A stretch of DNA of 64,000 nucleotides, from contig CM059431.1 of NCBI GenBank assembly GCA_030390025.1, forward strand, positions 143,904,001 to 143,968,000, written 5' to 3'. The translations under genes and the position numbers were made by a program. Positions 1 to 12,762 of this stretch are shown in pieces. The stretch comes from Squalus acanthias. Lineage: Eukaryota. The notes below the pieces were generated by a model. It was not told the DNA's origin. It saw only the letters and a list, made by a program, of their open reading frames with translations, and made no database searches. The first letter of the stretch is position 1; every line of letters begins with the position of its first letter.

Positions 1-434
1 GCAGAAGTCCAAGCGGCCCAAGAACGGATTGTCCCCATTCCTGAAGCCTCCACAGAAAACATCACAAACCTGCAAACGTATGTGACTTACTTTGGATATA
101 AAATTCCCCCTCTCCCCGAACATCTTACCATCCTACTTAAAGCTGTAGAGATTTCACAAAAACATTTCTACACCCTGGAACAGAAAACAGTTGAAATAGG
201 GGCAGAGATTTTGGATATAGTAGTTCCACCCTGGTGGGATATTTTCGAGAATATAGAGGTGCCTTCCTGGATCAGGATGGCTTCCCATCTTTTGGTGGTC
301 TGACAGCTCGGGATAGTTCTCTCCTGCTGTGTACAAAGTGCAGGAGAAGGGACGGGGAGCTCCGCTCCAGACACGAAGGGTCTTGGGAAGTGCATCAAAA
401 TAAAGGCTATGGCCAGGGATGGAACGAACCTTGA
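1..434 (+). pseudogene. env: C-terminal fragment of env of provirus copy 1 (membrane-proximal region, TM, tail); disrupted
   Basis: Frame 1 reads AEVQAAQERIVPIPE...PPWWDIFENIEVPSWIRMASHLLVV*, nearly identical to the reverse complement of 14995-15446. TGA at 301-303 replaces TGC of copy 2; a 1-nt deletion follows; an 18-nt in-frame deletion lies near 50. Confidence 0.9.
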
Positions 435-714
435 ATTTTGTCTTTTAATAAAAAAATGTGTATGTGTGTTGTGTTATTTTATGATGTGTATGGTGTGTTT
501 TTCCAAGCTGTGCAGGGGTGTCAGACCCTCTCCATGCTTGGATGTGAAATAAAGATTGATTCTTACCTGTATGTACCTGAAACAGCACTTTCAAAAGGGG
601 AATGTATTTTTGGGTTTTTAGTTAAGGTAATACATGGGAAGGTTGGTTTTCAGGGATCGGAAATTTTGCTCACCTGTTAATGATACTAATTCAGTTTTAG
701 TATCAAAATGGGAA

Positions 715-1972
715 TGTAGGCTTTGCAAAATCCCCCAGAAACTCGAACAGAGCCCTAAAGGGAATGATTTTTGGACCTTTCATACAAACTTGGGATGATG
801 GGACCTAAGTGAAGTGATTTGATGTAAAAACCTCAGTTTTGGAAAGATCAGGGAAGAAAAACCCTGAGGAAACTGACTTTTGAATCTTACTGTTGGGAGA
901 GACACCTTTCACAGACACAAGACAAGCTGCGGAGGGGAGTGGCCAGGCAGTGAACAGATTTGGGTATTGGGACCCAATCAAGCTGTCTGGGAATTGTTTA
1001 CACTGCAAATCCTACCAAGGTGGAAGAGACAAATCAAAAACTCACACACACATCGAAATATGAATAATCCAAGACCCCCTTTCGAAATTCCCAGGCCCAA
1101 ACAGGATACCAGAAGCCTGAAATCAATAAAACATTTAGTACTTCATCAAAAAACAATCAACCAGGTATCCACAGAACAGAATTAAAAGCCCGCCAAAAGA
1201 CCGAGGAAAATAGGGTTGAGATTTGGCGCGTAGATAAGGCTGTGTTTAAATCGGAAAACAATCACGAATTGTTTAACACTGAGCTAAAGCCATCGGAACT
1301 GGCAAGCTCGCCAAAACTAAACAATGGACTAAGCAAGGTTCATTTGCAACCTAAAGGAATCCGTTTTAGTAAGGGGATTTATGGGCGCGAAAAAGAAACA
1401 GTATAATTGAAAGCCTGTCACATAACTTCTCTCTCTTTCGGACTCGCTGACTACGCTGACACAGCTCTCTCCCTGCTCCAGCGAAAACCACCACAAGCCA
1501 CGAGGAGGAAGGCCAGAAAACAGACTAGCACGCAAGAAGAAACCAGAGCGACTGCCTCAGTGATCATTGGACACCTCGCAGCAACAAGGGCCTTACGGAG
1601 TCTTTTAAACAAAAGACTCTAAAATCCTGTCAAGGCTTCGTTGGTGAGCATCATCCCTGATCTCCTGAAACCAAAAACCTAGCTAGATAGTGGAATCTTT
1701 GGGAGGGTTAAGGTTTTGTTTGATATGTTGTCTTTCTCCCTCGCTTGTATCGTGTGCTCACCAATCTGTGTTTAAGTAATAAGTGTGTTTCAAGTTTGTT
1801 ACCTTTTTCTTTTAATAAAGTAAAAATATTTCATCAGAACCTGTCGTCTACTGCAATTTTGTTCACAACCCCTAAATAAGTCCAAAGTCTAGGAACCAGA
1901 TGGGTGTGGGAGCGATTCGAACCGCTCACTGAGTCAGAAAGTGAAGGCTGGCCCCATTACCACCCCCCTACA
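715..1972 (+). mobile_element. 3' LTR of provirus copy 1 (lokiretrovirus-like family)
   Basis: Starts TGTAGG after purine tract aaaatgggaa and ends CCTACA; homologous along its length to the reverse complement of 23647-24844; AATAAA at 1814-1819. Confidence 0.9.
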
Positions 1973-2500
1973 TGCTGTACCTGAGCTGGGACTGTTTGAT
2001 GGCCCGGTGTAGGGGTAGTTTCACTCTGTATGTACCCAATGCTGTACCTGAGCTGGGAGTTTTTGATGGCCCTGTGTTGGTGTAGTTTTACGCTGTATGT
2101 ACCCCATGCTGTACCTGAGCTGGTAATGTTTGATGTGCCGGTGTAGGGTTAGTTTTACTCTGTATGTACCCCATGCTGTACCTGAGCTGGGAGTGTTTGA
2201 TGGACCGGTGTAGGGGTTGTTTTACGCTGTATGTACCCCATTCTGTACCTGAGCTGGGAGTGTTTGATGGGGCGGTGTAGAGGTAGTTTTACACTGTATG
2301 CACCCCATGCTGCACCTGAGGTGGAAGTATTTGATTGGGCGGTGTAGGGTTAGTTTTACACTGTCTGTACCCCATGCTGTACATGACCTGGGAGCGGTTG
2401 ATGGCCGGTGTAGGGGTAGTTTTACTCTGTATGTACCCCATGCTGTACCTGAGCTGAGAATGTTTGATGGGACGGTGTAGAGGTAGTTTTACTCTCCATG
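1973..2500. repeat. 67-bp minisatellite, ~8 copies
   Basis: Unit tgctgtacctgagctgggagtgtttgatgg...gtgtaggggtagttttactctgtatgtacccca recurs at 1973, 2040, 2107 and onward. Confidence 0.95.
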
Positions 2501-2519
2501 TATATTTTGCCTTTCAGCA

Positions 2520-5118
2520 GCAGAAGCAGTAACCTTGTCACGAGCCAATTGCTGAAGGGCCAGAGATTGTCACAAGGGCCTGTCACTTGGCCTGAGAGGC
2601 TCCGGTCACGGGGAAGTGGAAAGCGCAGGAGACAGTAGGTGCCACCCTTTACACAATTCACCTCCTTCGACCCTGAGGCACAGATGCGAGGGGCATATCT
2701 GTCAATTTTTTTAATTTGCTATTATTTAAATGCTAGCGTTGTGTTATTTTGTGAAATTTCTATTTGTGACTCATAGTGTATTTAACCATTTCGTTTTATA
2801 TGTAAAGCCACCAGTCACATTATTTATTTTCTCAACTTTTTTTATTAACAATCAATTGAACATTACAACTGTTTAAAACATTAGAAAATAGCTAGTTTTC
2901 ATCTTGAATGAAAAGTCTTTATTGCACTAAGAAAGCCAAAATGTCACATTAAAATGTTTACATTTTTTATCAACCAATTGATCTTTGCAAATGTTTACAA
3001 AGTATAAAATAGCTAGCTAACAATTTGTATTTAAAGACGAAGAACATCAAAACAGTATAACAAAAGTTTTTGATGCTGCAATTAACGTTCACTGTTTCAC
3101 TTTAAATTGTGTCTGTTCTTTTCTCTGCCTTGCTGGGGGAGGGGTAGGTAGGAGGCGACACTAACATCACCTCGTAAACGTGTTGGCTACTAGCAGTTCC
3201 CGAGCAGCTTTGCTTTCGGCAGCAATTAGCTCCTCCTCATCAGGCCTGGCCACATGGACATTGACATCATCCATGTCCTCCATTTCAGCAGCAAGCTCCT
3301 CTGCAGGGTTAAGGGTCCGTCCTTCCCGCAGGGCAAAGTTGTGCAAAGTGCAATAGGCCATCACAATCCGTGACACTTTCAGAGGAGAATACTGCAAACT
3401 CCCAGCCCCGCCCCCCCCCCCACAACCCCCCGTCCTGTCCAGGCACCGGTAGCGTGATTTCAGAAGCCCGATTGTCCTCTCCACCACTTGCCATGTGGAC
3501 ATGTGTGCCCGGTTGTATCTCTCCTGAGCCTCATTATTGGTCCTGCGGTATGGTGTCATCAGCCACGGTTTTAGCATTAGCCCTTGTCGCCCAATATCCA
3601 TGCGGATCCTGGAGGCAATGTGCTGCAGGCAATATAAGTCCGAGTGACGGAGGACAAAGGATTCATGAGCACTTCGCTGGTGATCTGTATTCACAGTTAG
3701 GATCCTGAGTTGCGCATCACAGACGATCATAACATTTAATAAATGAAACCCCTTCCTGTTGTTGTATGTCACAGGTGCATCAATTGATGCCTTCAATGCA
3801 ACATGGGTTCCATCGACGGCCCCAATCACGTTGGGGAAGCCAGCAATCCTATCAAATAAAAGGGCCTCTCCTTTTGCTGACTAGTGGACAAGTCGAAGTC
3901 TATGAACTCAGAAGCCCTGTGGAATATTGCCTCTGCGACCTGGTGAATGCAGGTCCTCGAGCACTCTGGGAGATGTTTGAAATGTCACCGGTGCCTAACT
4001 GAACTGAGCCGCATGCAAAGAAGTTCAGCGCTGTGGCTACCTTCATGGACACTGACAAGGCAGTGAGGGTCTTCGAGCGTGTTTGAAGGCCGTCCTTTAA
4101 CATGTCACATAGTCGACCGATTGCCTCTTTACAAAAGCGCAGCCTGCTCACACACAACTCCTCTGACATCATCTCAGAAGACAGCCTCTCCCTGTACCCT
4201 CTCTGGGTGGGTAGTAGTTCCTCCTGATCAGGTGGCGGTCATGGTTCCTCAGTCTTCATTGTTGTTCCCTGGCGTTTTCGATTCTATGGGCCAGAATCAC
4301 ACAAAAGATTTGGGCAAATTCCTCATGAGGCATGATTCTCCCTCACAGGCTTCCTCTTTAAATAGATCCAGTAACTGTTGAGAAGAAATGGAAAGAGTTG
4401 TAAACGTCATATTAATAAAGTGAGTGGTTAGAAATTCACAGCGGGCGGTGGCGGGAAACGGGCGGTATCGGATCGGCCGCCCGTCAGACCCGCCTGATCA
4501 ATATCACCGCCTGAGAACAATTTCTAAGACTTTTAAAACATTTTACAAAGTCATACATTAATTTGTAAACAGCATAAAAAAATTAACATTTAAAACATTC
4601 ATATATTTTGTCATAATTTTAAACATGAGTAAATGTGACCAAAATCATTTTTAAACAGTCATTTTCAAGTTTAAAAAAAGAAATCTATTTGAATAGAATG
4701 CTCACCTTGTCCACAGCGAAAGTTCCTCTTCTAATCACCGACACTCCTCAGAACTAGATCCAAAACCAATGAAATATTTAACAAATTAAAGTTGTTGCAA
4801 ACTTAAATCAGGCTTTGTATCAAGAATCTTGTTAACTTTAAAAGCTAAAACAGTCCGGTTTCCAGCCCCCTGACTTCCACGTCTTCTTCCTGCTTCTTCT
4901 TTAGATAGAATGCTGGCTGTCCGCCTGCTTTATTTCTGTCGTTGCAGTTTCGTCAGTAACTGCTGGCCAGTAGTTGGACAAATAGCGCAAATCTGCGCCA
5001 AATCGCAATTTCTAATTTTTTAGGGCATGCGCTTCGCATGACTAAACCCGGAACTTGCGCGGCCCCTACGGAGTCTTGCGCACGTCGTACGAACCCGTAG
5101 GGTCGCAAAATACGGCCC
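2520..5118 (-). mobile_element. Partial Harbinger DNA transposon
   Basis: Contains the transposase relic; right end ...ggtcgcaaaatacggccc resembles a GGGCC-type terminal repeat; the left end is not identifiable. Confidence 0.55.
3167..4200 (-). pseudogene. PIF/Harbinger (HARBI1-like) DDE transposase, frameshifted
   Basis: ORF pieces 3900-4172 (RLRFCKEAI...ALNFFACGS) and 3167-3829 (IGAVDGTHV, YNNRKGFH, VVERTIGLLKSRYRCLD, LQYSPLKV...CTLHNFAL) carry Harbinger transposase motifs; the GDKG motif is broken by a frameshift. Confidence 0.9.
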
Positions 5119-5434
5119 GTGTAAACCACTGAAACTATTGTATTGTAGCTTGCTTCAGCACCAGATGTTCCATTACCTTTTTCATGTTAACAATCCTATG
5201 ACAAACATAAAAAGGGCACAGGAATATCAGGGACCTGAATATGTGCGAGACACTGCTCTTTATCCACCAGGTAATGTGGACCATGACGAGCTGTTTCACC
5301 GTGTCCAGAACTGTAAAACCAGAGGGCATGGCCTGAGATTGGTGTGGGTAAATTCAAAACTAATTTCTGGAACCGTTATTTCAATGAGCGACGGTCTATC
5401 TATGGAACAGACTTTCTCCTAATCTTTCGAATGA

Positions 5435-5980
5435 AAACTAGAGGACAGGGGAATTCAGCGAAACACGAGAAGCATAAATAGAAATAGAATGAAGGAGAAT
5501 TGAGGGGAACACTGTAAATGTTTAATTAGAAATGGAGAACAGGAAAATTAAGTGGAATCAACGAACTGTTAATTAGAAATATAATAACGGAATATAGGGG
5601 AACACAGTAATTGCTTATTTAGAAATAGAGGGCAGGGGAATACGGCAACTGATATTAGAAATAGGGACCGGCGGAACACAATAACCCTTCATTAAGAATT
5701 AGGGGACAGGGGAAGACAGCAACTGTTCAATTAGAAATAGAGACAAGGACATTCAGGGGAGTAAACTAACTGTCTAATTAGCAATAGAATAAAAAGAGAC
5801 ATGGGGTAACACAGTAAATAACTGTTTATTTAAAAGTAGAGGACTGGGGAGGCAGTAACTGTTTATTTAGAAATAGAGGAGACGGGAATGTCAGGGAAAC
5901 ACAGTAACTGTTTAATTAGAAATAGAGAAACACAAGGGAATACAACAACTGGTTAATTAGAAACAGGGGACGGGGAATCA
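5435..5980. repeat. Degenerate purine-rich tandem repeat (~50-60 bp)
   Basis: Recurrent acagtaactgtttaattagaaatagaggacagggg motif. Confidence 0.75.
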
Positions 5981-7199
5981 CAACCACGTCAGATTGAATG
6001 TGGCCCGGTAATGTAATGGTTAATTATTCATGCCTATGCTTTCTATTTTGCCTGTGGACTTTGGATGATGTGGTTGATTGCAGGCCGCCTTCTCAGGATT
6101 GTAGCTGGGTGCAGAACATCGCTGACTGATGGAACTAAAACCTCTGCCGGCTGCCTGACTCGGGCCTTCAATATTGCTGGTTGACCGCATCCAGGTAAAT
6201 GAGAATGTGGCTCTTACACAAAACCACCCGCAACTAATCACCACTTCCTCCAGAAGCTGGACGCCAGCCGGATTGGCAGATCCCGGGCCCCACAGGGCCC
6301 TGCAAACAAGAGGATTTTGGTTTTGGAGAACGTCTGGGTCAAGTGGAACGTTAAAGAGTGACGGGTAAAGCGGGCTCTTAATCACAGTTAGTAAATGAAG
6401 CCCATTCACAATTAAAGTACAAAGGCTATTGTCAACATAAGCGTTTTAATAATGTTCTTGAACATTGGCGTGAGGTGCCATAGGTTTATTAAGCACATAA
6501 TACATGCAATAGTCTTACACACACAGTTTAAAGGTAGGAATTAGAACCACACCTGATGATGTTGGTGTGGAGACCCAAACATGTCACAGTCCTGAGCTCA
6601 GTATCTTAGACCTTTACCAAACCGAATACTCATTCGAAACTGTAGCTTTTTATTCATTTTTCTCACTCGCTGTACTCGATATGTTCACAATTCTGCATTA
6701 CCCATTTATATCAAAGTTAAAATAAAACTCCACGTAAGAATAATTTAATTGATTTATCTGATCGATAGTTTCACTCTTGACCCATATAATTGCAATTGTA
6801 CCAAGTGAAACCTTTAACAGTAAGACTGTCTGTTTCTGTATCTATTGTACTAATTGAAAATGATGATGTATGCCCAGATGTTTTCCTTTGCAGAACTAAC
6901 TCTATTCCCAAACTGTTACCAAATGATTAAAGTTCCCTGAAATTGATGAATCTGTTTGCAATGTCATGAGTTTCATTAAATCGCTTATTACTTCATCCTG
7001 AAACTGACCATTATTGCAGGTTCAGCCCTGGCCCAATAGCCCAGTGGTACTTTAAACAGACCAGTGCTTCCCTGCTTAACAGGAAAAGGCTAAAGGTTAA
7101 CATTGCTACAATAGAAAGAGAAACCAATACAGTTTCACATTAGCAGACTTTAGATAATTCTGATTAGCGGGGAATGATTATATTGACCCAGAGTAAAAG

Positions 7200-7482
7200 A
7201 AAGAAAAGGAAAGATTTATATTTATATAGCTCCAGTCACGACCACCGTCCCTTTGGAGCCAATGAAGTACTTTTTGAGGTGTAACCACTGTTCTAATGTA
7301 GGAAACACGGCAGCCAATTTACACACAGCAAGCTCCCACAAACAGCAATGTAATAATGACCAGATAATTTGTTTTTTAGTGCTGTTGTTTGAGGGATAAA
7401 TATTGGCTGGGACACCCCGGATTACTCCCTGCTCCTCTTCGAGATAGTGCAAAGGATCGTTTACGTCCACCTGAGAGGGCAG
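7200..7482 (-). mobile_element. Deu-domain SINE (SacSINE1/AmnSINE-like), 3' part
   Basis: gcagccaatttacacacagcaagctcccacaaacagcaatg is the reverse complement of the Deu domain as I recall it; a second copy is at 40670-41500. Confidence 0.75.
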
Positions 7483-7538
7483 CCATTCTAAAATGAAACA
7501 CGGGCTGTAATTTTACTCTAGTTAAAGGAAGCTTTAGT

Positions 7539-8444
7539 TTAGTTTTTCATTTTTTTAACCAATATCAGAATCAATATCCAAGGAGATTTCACCACCTTCT
7601 TCAGCTCTTCCCTGAATTTAGTTTGTGTAGCTGCATAAATGCAAGTGTTTGTACAGGAACTCAAATACATGAGCATAGATCCGGTTAGAGTGGCGATCAA
7701 TGCAGGAGATGTATAATCGGGTCGGTGATGCACGGCCAGGTTGATAACTATAGAATTCACGGCAGATGTCAGCCACTACAATACAAAACTGCCCGATAGT
7801 GAACAGTAAAATTATGGATTTCCTTCTGTTTTCCTTCTCTGGATCGCTCTGATTCTCACTACTGTGACCCCGGAGTCCCCTGCGGGCTCTACTGGCAACT
7901 AAAATACGTTTGACTGTCAAACAATTAAACAGTAATATCAAAACAAAAGGAAGACATGGGTTTAAAATACTTTGTAAGCGGTTGTAAGCTACACCTGCAG
8001 GCGATGTATAAAAGGCCGCAATGGGGCGGAATCCCCAGGGAACATTGTTGCTTATTTGTTTGCGTTGAAAGGCAAACCAAAATGGGATGTTCTCTAAATA
8101 AACCAGGACAGAGACCGTTGTTATAACCGAGGCCGCAGTTCTCACTGTGCAATACTTCGTTTTAAACTTCTGACAACATATAGCTACAAATCGGTCAAAT
8201 GTGAAGGAGACGGTAAACTACACCGACATATCCAGGTTGGTACAAGACATGTACATCATGAACTTACAAACGGCAGTGTAGGACAGGAATGAATATGGGA
8301 AGTGATGACTCAAAATGTGATATACGATTACATTGATGATCATGACCAGTAGATCTGCTGTTGCCATGGCCACCATGTAGAGAGAGATACATTTGGAAAT
8401 TCCGCATTTTCCTCTGGAGAGTATCACCATTGTCAACAGGTTCG
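7539..8444 (-). pseudogene. GPR139-like class A GPCR, exon 2; disabled
   Basis: ANLLTMVILSRGKCGISKCISLYMVAMATADLLV...FTFDRFVAIC...SSCTNTCIYAATQTKFREEL. TAG at 8218-8220 where W is expected, plus a frameshift near 7795. Acceptor ttcttacAG ends at 8445. Confidence 0.9.
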
Positions 8445-8934
8445 CTGTAAGAAAGAGGGACAAGAGTAAGTAATGGGGACACGTGAATAAATCTTACAGC
8501 GTATTGTGGGGAGATGAGGCGATGCGTTCCTATTGAGGGTTATGCACACGGTTTCTCTGTATAATATAGACGAGCGTTGACGATATATTTTTCAAACGGA
8601 AGTAATAATTAAACACCCAATATCGAGGGACTGAAAGTAATCATTAAACACCCAATATCGAGGAACTGAGAATGTCCATCCTTCCAGCACACTTCAGTCA
8701 GACTGTGTCAAGGTGGTGGGTGGGGTTGGGTGTTGGGAGGGTCGCTCGTATTCAGTATTGGCAATGGTAACGGATAGCGGCCCCAACACCACCGACAGAC
8801 AGACACTGATGGCTCAATGGAGGAGAATTTTGACTTTGGGCGACAGTGTAAAACGGGCGACATCGGCTCAGCCGTCCATGATCCATCTCTTCCGGCTGAA
8901 ACTCCATCGGTATCGCCACTGATACTGTATTCAT

Positions 8935-9035
8935 GCATAAAAACAGAAAATGCTGGAAATACTCAGCAGGACCAGCATCATCTGTGGAGAGGGAAACAAA
9001 GTTAACGTGTCATGTCGATGTCTTTCGTCAGAAAT
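8935..9035 (-). mobile_element. Short Penelope-like repeat fragment with degenerate hammerhead core
   Basis: Reverse complement of the 41305-41400 sequence; core reads CTGACGA...GACAC instead of GAAAC. Confidence 0.65.
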
Positions 9036-9997
9036 CCATTGAGGGTCCATTCACACTTTAACGGTGCGGTCCAGGCCAAGCCGCAGTACCTCGCAGGGAC
9101 GGTACAGTTACAGATTAAAGTCCATTAAAGGGCAACCTTGGATGGTTCGATAACTTGTTAATTTTCACAGTCAATAAAGAATCGGATTGCCTTATATACA
9201 CCCAAACACACATGTCATTGCAGTGTGGAGCGCTGAAACCATCCCGCCATGAGGCTGGGACCATGTGCTGCACCGAGCCAATTTGATGAGTTACTACAGC
9301 GGCCCCAGGGAGCAATCGATGGAATTTTACATTTAATCTCATCGGTTTAATTGGCGAGGGGGATCTCGGGAGCGGCATCCGATGTCAGCTGTATTCAATA
9401 TAATTTACAAACAATTACTGGAAAGAAATGAATTTAAATAATGCATTCAGCTGTGCCACAAACATTCGATGTAGATCGAAACTCTGCGCTTTTTCTATTT
9501 CTAATGGCTCCGAGGAAGCTGCTCGGTAACAGGACGGGAGCTGGTGGAGCCGCGAAGGTTCTTTGCAGCCGAGGGGAGGTGAGCAGCTCCCTGAGCGGAA
9601 ATTATTGATCAAAATATCTTTCACAGTCCTCTGATGAGTGGAGTTGGCTGCAGTGCAAGGAATTATAAACTTAATGTACACAGGGAACAACGGTACAGAT
9701 GCAATGATGACCATGGATACTAAGCAACACATTCTTTAATGATCTATGTACTGTTGGAGGGGTCGGGGAATCAGTCTCGCTCTCCCTCAGTATGCGTAGC
9801 AAAGTTGAGCTTCAGGTGGCCACGATCGAGCGACCAGAACAGCGCCTCAGCGGCCGCGCGCACTCATAGATTTCCCGCTGATATTCACCGACTGATCCCG
9901 GCGGATTAATGACTCTGCAATGAGGACATTCTCGGAATCTGTTACATTAACACTGAGATAGTCAACAGCTATTAGACAACAGCATACATTGACTTAC

Positions 9998-10067
9998 CGG
10001 AAGCCCCAAAGGTTGCGAGAACTGGGTAGTAAATTTGCTTTATCTGTAGAATTGTTGGCAGTTCCAT
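9998..10067 (-). pseudogene. GPR139-like GPCR, exon 1
   Basis: MELPTILQIKQIYYPVLATFGAS then G|GTAAGT donor; phase 1 joins exon 2 (G+CG = Ala) in frame. Confidence 0.85.
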
Positions 10068-10439
10068 TTTTAAAAAAACTGTGCGAAACCTGTGCAGCTT
10101 TACGATTCGGACTGGAGTGTATCTGATTTCGGTAAATACACCCCATTTATAGAACAATGGGAGCCCCGGTCAGCAAAACAGTTTACAAAATAAGTGGCGT
10201 TAGTTACAGTCACGTAACAAACAAGCGGCGATTTTCCGCTTCAGTGCGCCGGGCCGCCAGTGGGGAAATTGTACGGAAAGTAATCCCAGAGAGAATGTGC
10301 CCTGCGCATGGTCCCTGAACGCTGAATGGAACATCTCTCCTGGACTCTGCGTTAGGCTCTTGAGGTCTCAAATTACTTCGGTGAAAACTTCACTCATCCA
10401 TTGCATAACCTAATTTTGTCTTTTTACTGTGATGATACC

Positions 10440-12540
10440 TAGTGATGAGTCTACTCTAATATTACTGGCAATGATTCATCGCTAACATTACTAGTGATGA
10501 CTCCTCTCTAACATTGCTGGCGGTGCCCTACTCTAATATTAATGTTGATGACGCTACGCTGACATTAACGGTGGTGATACTGTTCTACCGTTACTGTTGG
10601 TGATTATACTCTAACAGTACCGCTGGTAACTCAACCCAAGAAACACTGGAGACGGCTCACTCTAACATTATTGCTTGTAATCTTAATCTAATATTACTGG
10701 TGGTGACCCTACTCTAATATTTCAGGTGGTGACTCTATTACCACCTTACTGGTGTTGACCCTACTCTAACATTACTGGTGGTGAGTCTACTCTAACATTA
10801 CTGTTGGTAACTCTACTCTAACATTAATGATGGTGGCTCTACTCTAACATTACTGTTGGTAACTCAACTCTAACATTACTGTTGGTGACTCTACTCTAAC
10901 ATTACTGTTGGTGACCCTGCGCTAACATTGCTGGTGGGGAACCAACTCTAACATTACTGCTGGTGAGCGTACATTAACTTTACTGGCAGTGACTCTAATG
11001 TAATATTACTACTGGTGACTGTACTCTAATTATAGGGGTGATGACTATACTCTAACATAATTGTGGTGACCTTACTCAAACATTACTGGTGGTGACCCTA
11101 CTCTAACATTACTGGCGGTGACTATACTCTAAGATTACTGGTGGTGACCCTACTCTAACATTACTGGCGGTGGCCACACCCTCATATTAATAGTGGTGAC
11201 TCTACTCTAACATAACTGGTGGTGACCCTACTCTAACATTAATGGTGGTGACTCTACTCTAACATTACTGGTGGTGACCCTGCTCTAACATTAATAGTGG
11301 TGACTCTACTCTAACATTACTGGTGGTGACCCTAATCTAACATTACTAATGGTTACCCTACTCTAACATTAATGGTGGTGACTCTACTCTAACCTTAATG
11401 GTGGTGAATCTACCCTAACATTACCGGTAGCGACTCGGCTCGAACATTACTGGTGGTGACTGTACTCTAACATTACTGGTGGTGACCCTACTCTAACATT
11501 AATGGTGGTGACTCTACTCTAACCTTAATGGTGGTGAATCTACTCTAACATTACCGGTAGTGACACGGCTCGAACATTACTGGTGATGACTGTACTCTAA
11601 CATTACTGGTGGTGACTCTACTCTAACATTACTGGTGATGACCCAACTCTAACATTACTGGTTGTGACCCTACTCTAACATTATTGTTGGTGACCGTACT
11701 TTAACATTACTAGTGGTGACCCTACTCTATCATTACTGGAGGTGACTCTACTCTAACATTACTGGTTGTGTTTCTACTCTAACATTACTGGTGAGGACTC
11801 TACTCTAACATTACTGGTGGTGACCCTACTCTTACATTAATGTTGGTGGATCTGCTCTAACATTACTGGTGGTGACCCTAATCTAACATTAATGGTGGTG
11901 ACTCTACTCTGACATTACTGGTGGTGACCCTTCTCTTACATTAATGTTGGTGACACTACTCTAACATTACTGGTGGTGACCCTGCTCTAACTTTACTGGT
12001 AGTGAACCAACTGTAACAGTACTGGTGGTGACCGTACACTAACTTTACTGGTAGTGGCTCTACTGTAGCATTACTGGTTGTGGCTGTACTGTAACATTAC
12101 TGCAGTGACCCTACTCTAACTTTACTGGAGGTGAACCAATTATAACATTACTGTTGGTGACGCTACTCTAACATTACTGGCGGTGACCCTACTCTAACCT
12201 AACTGGAGGTGAACTAACACTAACATTACTGGCGTTGACCGTACATTAACTTTACTGGTAGTGACCCCACTGTAACATTACTGGTGATGACTCTACTCTA
12301 AAATGACTGCTGGTGACTCTACTCTAACATTACTGGCAGTGACCCTACTCTAACATTGCTTCTGGTGACTATATTCTCATGTCATTGGTGATGACCTTAA
12401 TCTAGCATTACTTGTGGTGACCGAACAGTAACATTACCGATGGCGAGTCTACACTATCAGTACTGGTGTTCAGTCAACACTAACATTTTTGGTGGTAACC
12501 CTATTCTATCATTATTCTTGATGACTATACACTAACATTA
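10440..12540. repeat. 26-bp minisatellite
   Basis: Unit ctactctaacattactggtggtgacy repeated over ~2.1 kb; more degenerate at the edges. Confidence 0.95.
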
Positions 12541-12574
12541 GAGGTAAAAACGTCACTTTAATATTTCCCTACTC

Positions 12575-12762
12575 TACATAAGATCATAAGAATTAGAAAC
12601 AGGAGTCAAAGAGTCATAGAGTCATATTCATAGTCCCTTACGGTACAGATGGATGCCATTCGGCCCATCGAGTCTGTGCCTGTCTCTCTGCAGAGCAATT
12701 CAGTCAGTACGATTCCCCCGCTCTATCCTCGTAGCCCTGCAAGTTTATTTTCCTCAAGTTTA
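12575..12762 (-). mobile_element. CR1 LINE 3' tail/UTR (left half of the LINE split by the provirus)
   Basis: agagtcatagagtcat tail and gccattcggcccatcgag 3' UTR motif; the sequence resumes at 24845. Confidence 0.8.

Noticed and set aside
82..303. Copy 1 env truncated within the TM as a domesticated secreted env
   Set aside because: An adjacent frameshift and deletion suggest ordinary decay; the upstream part is outside the window.
2520..2700. Possible 3' end of the Harbinger Myb/SANT partner gene
   Set aside because: Only a short basic stretch; no domain evidence.
10440..12540. Regular short repeats that might suggest a CRISPR array
   Set aside because: Head-to-tail units with no unique spacers, no cas genes, eukaryotic context.
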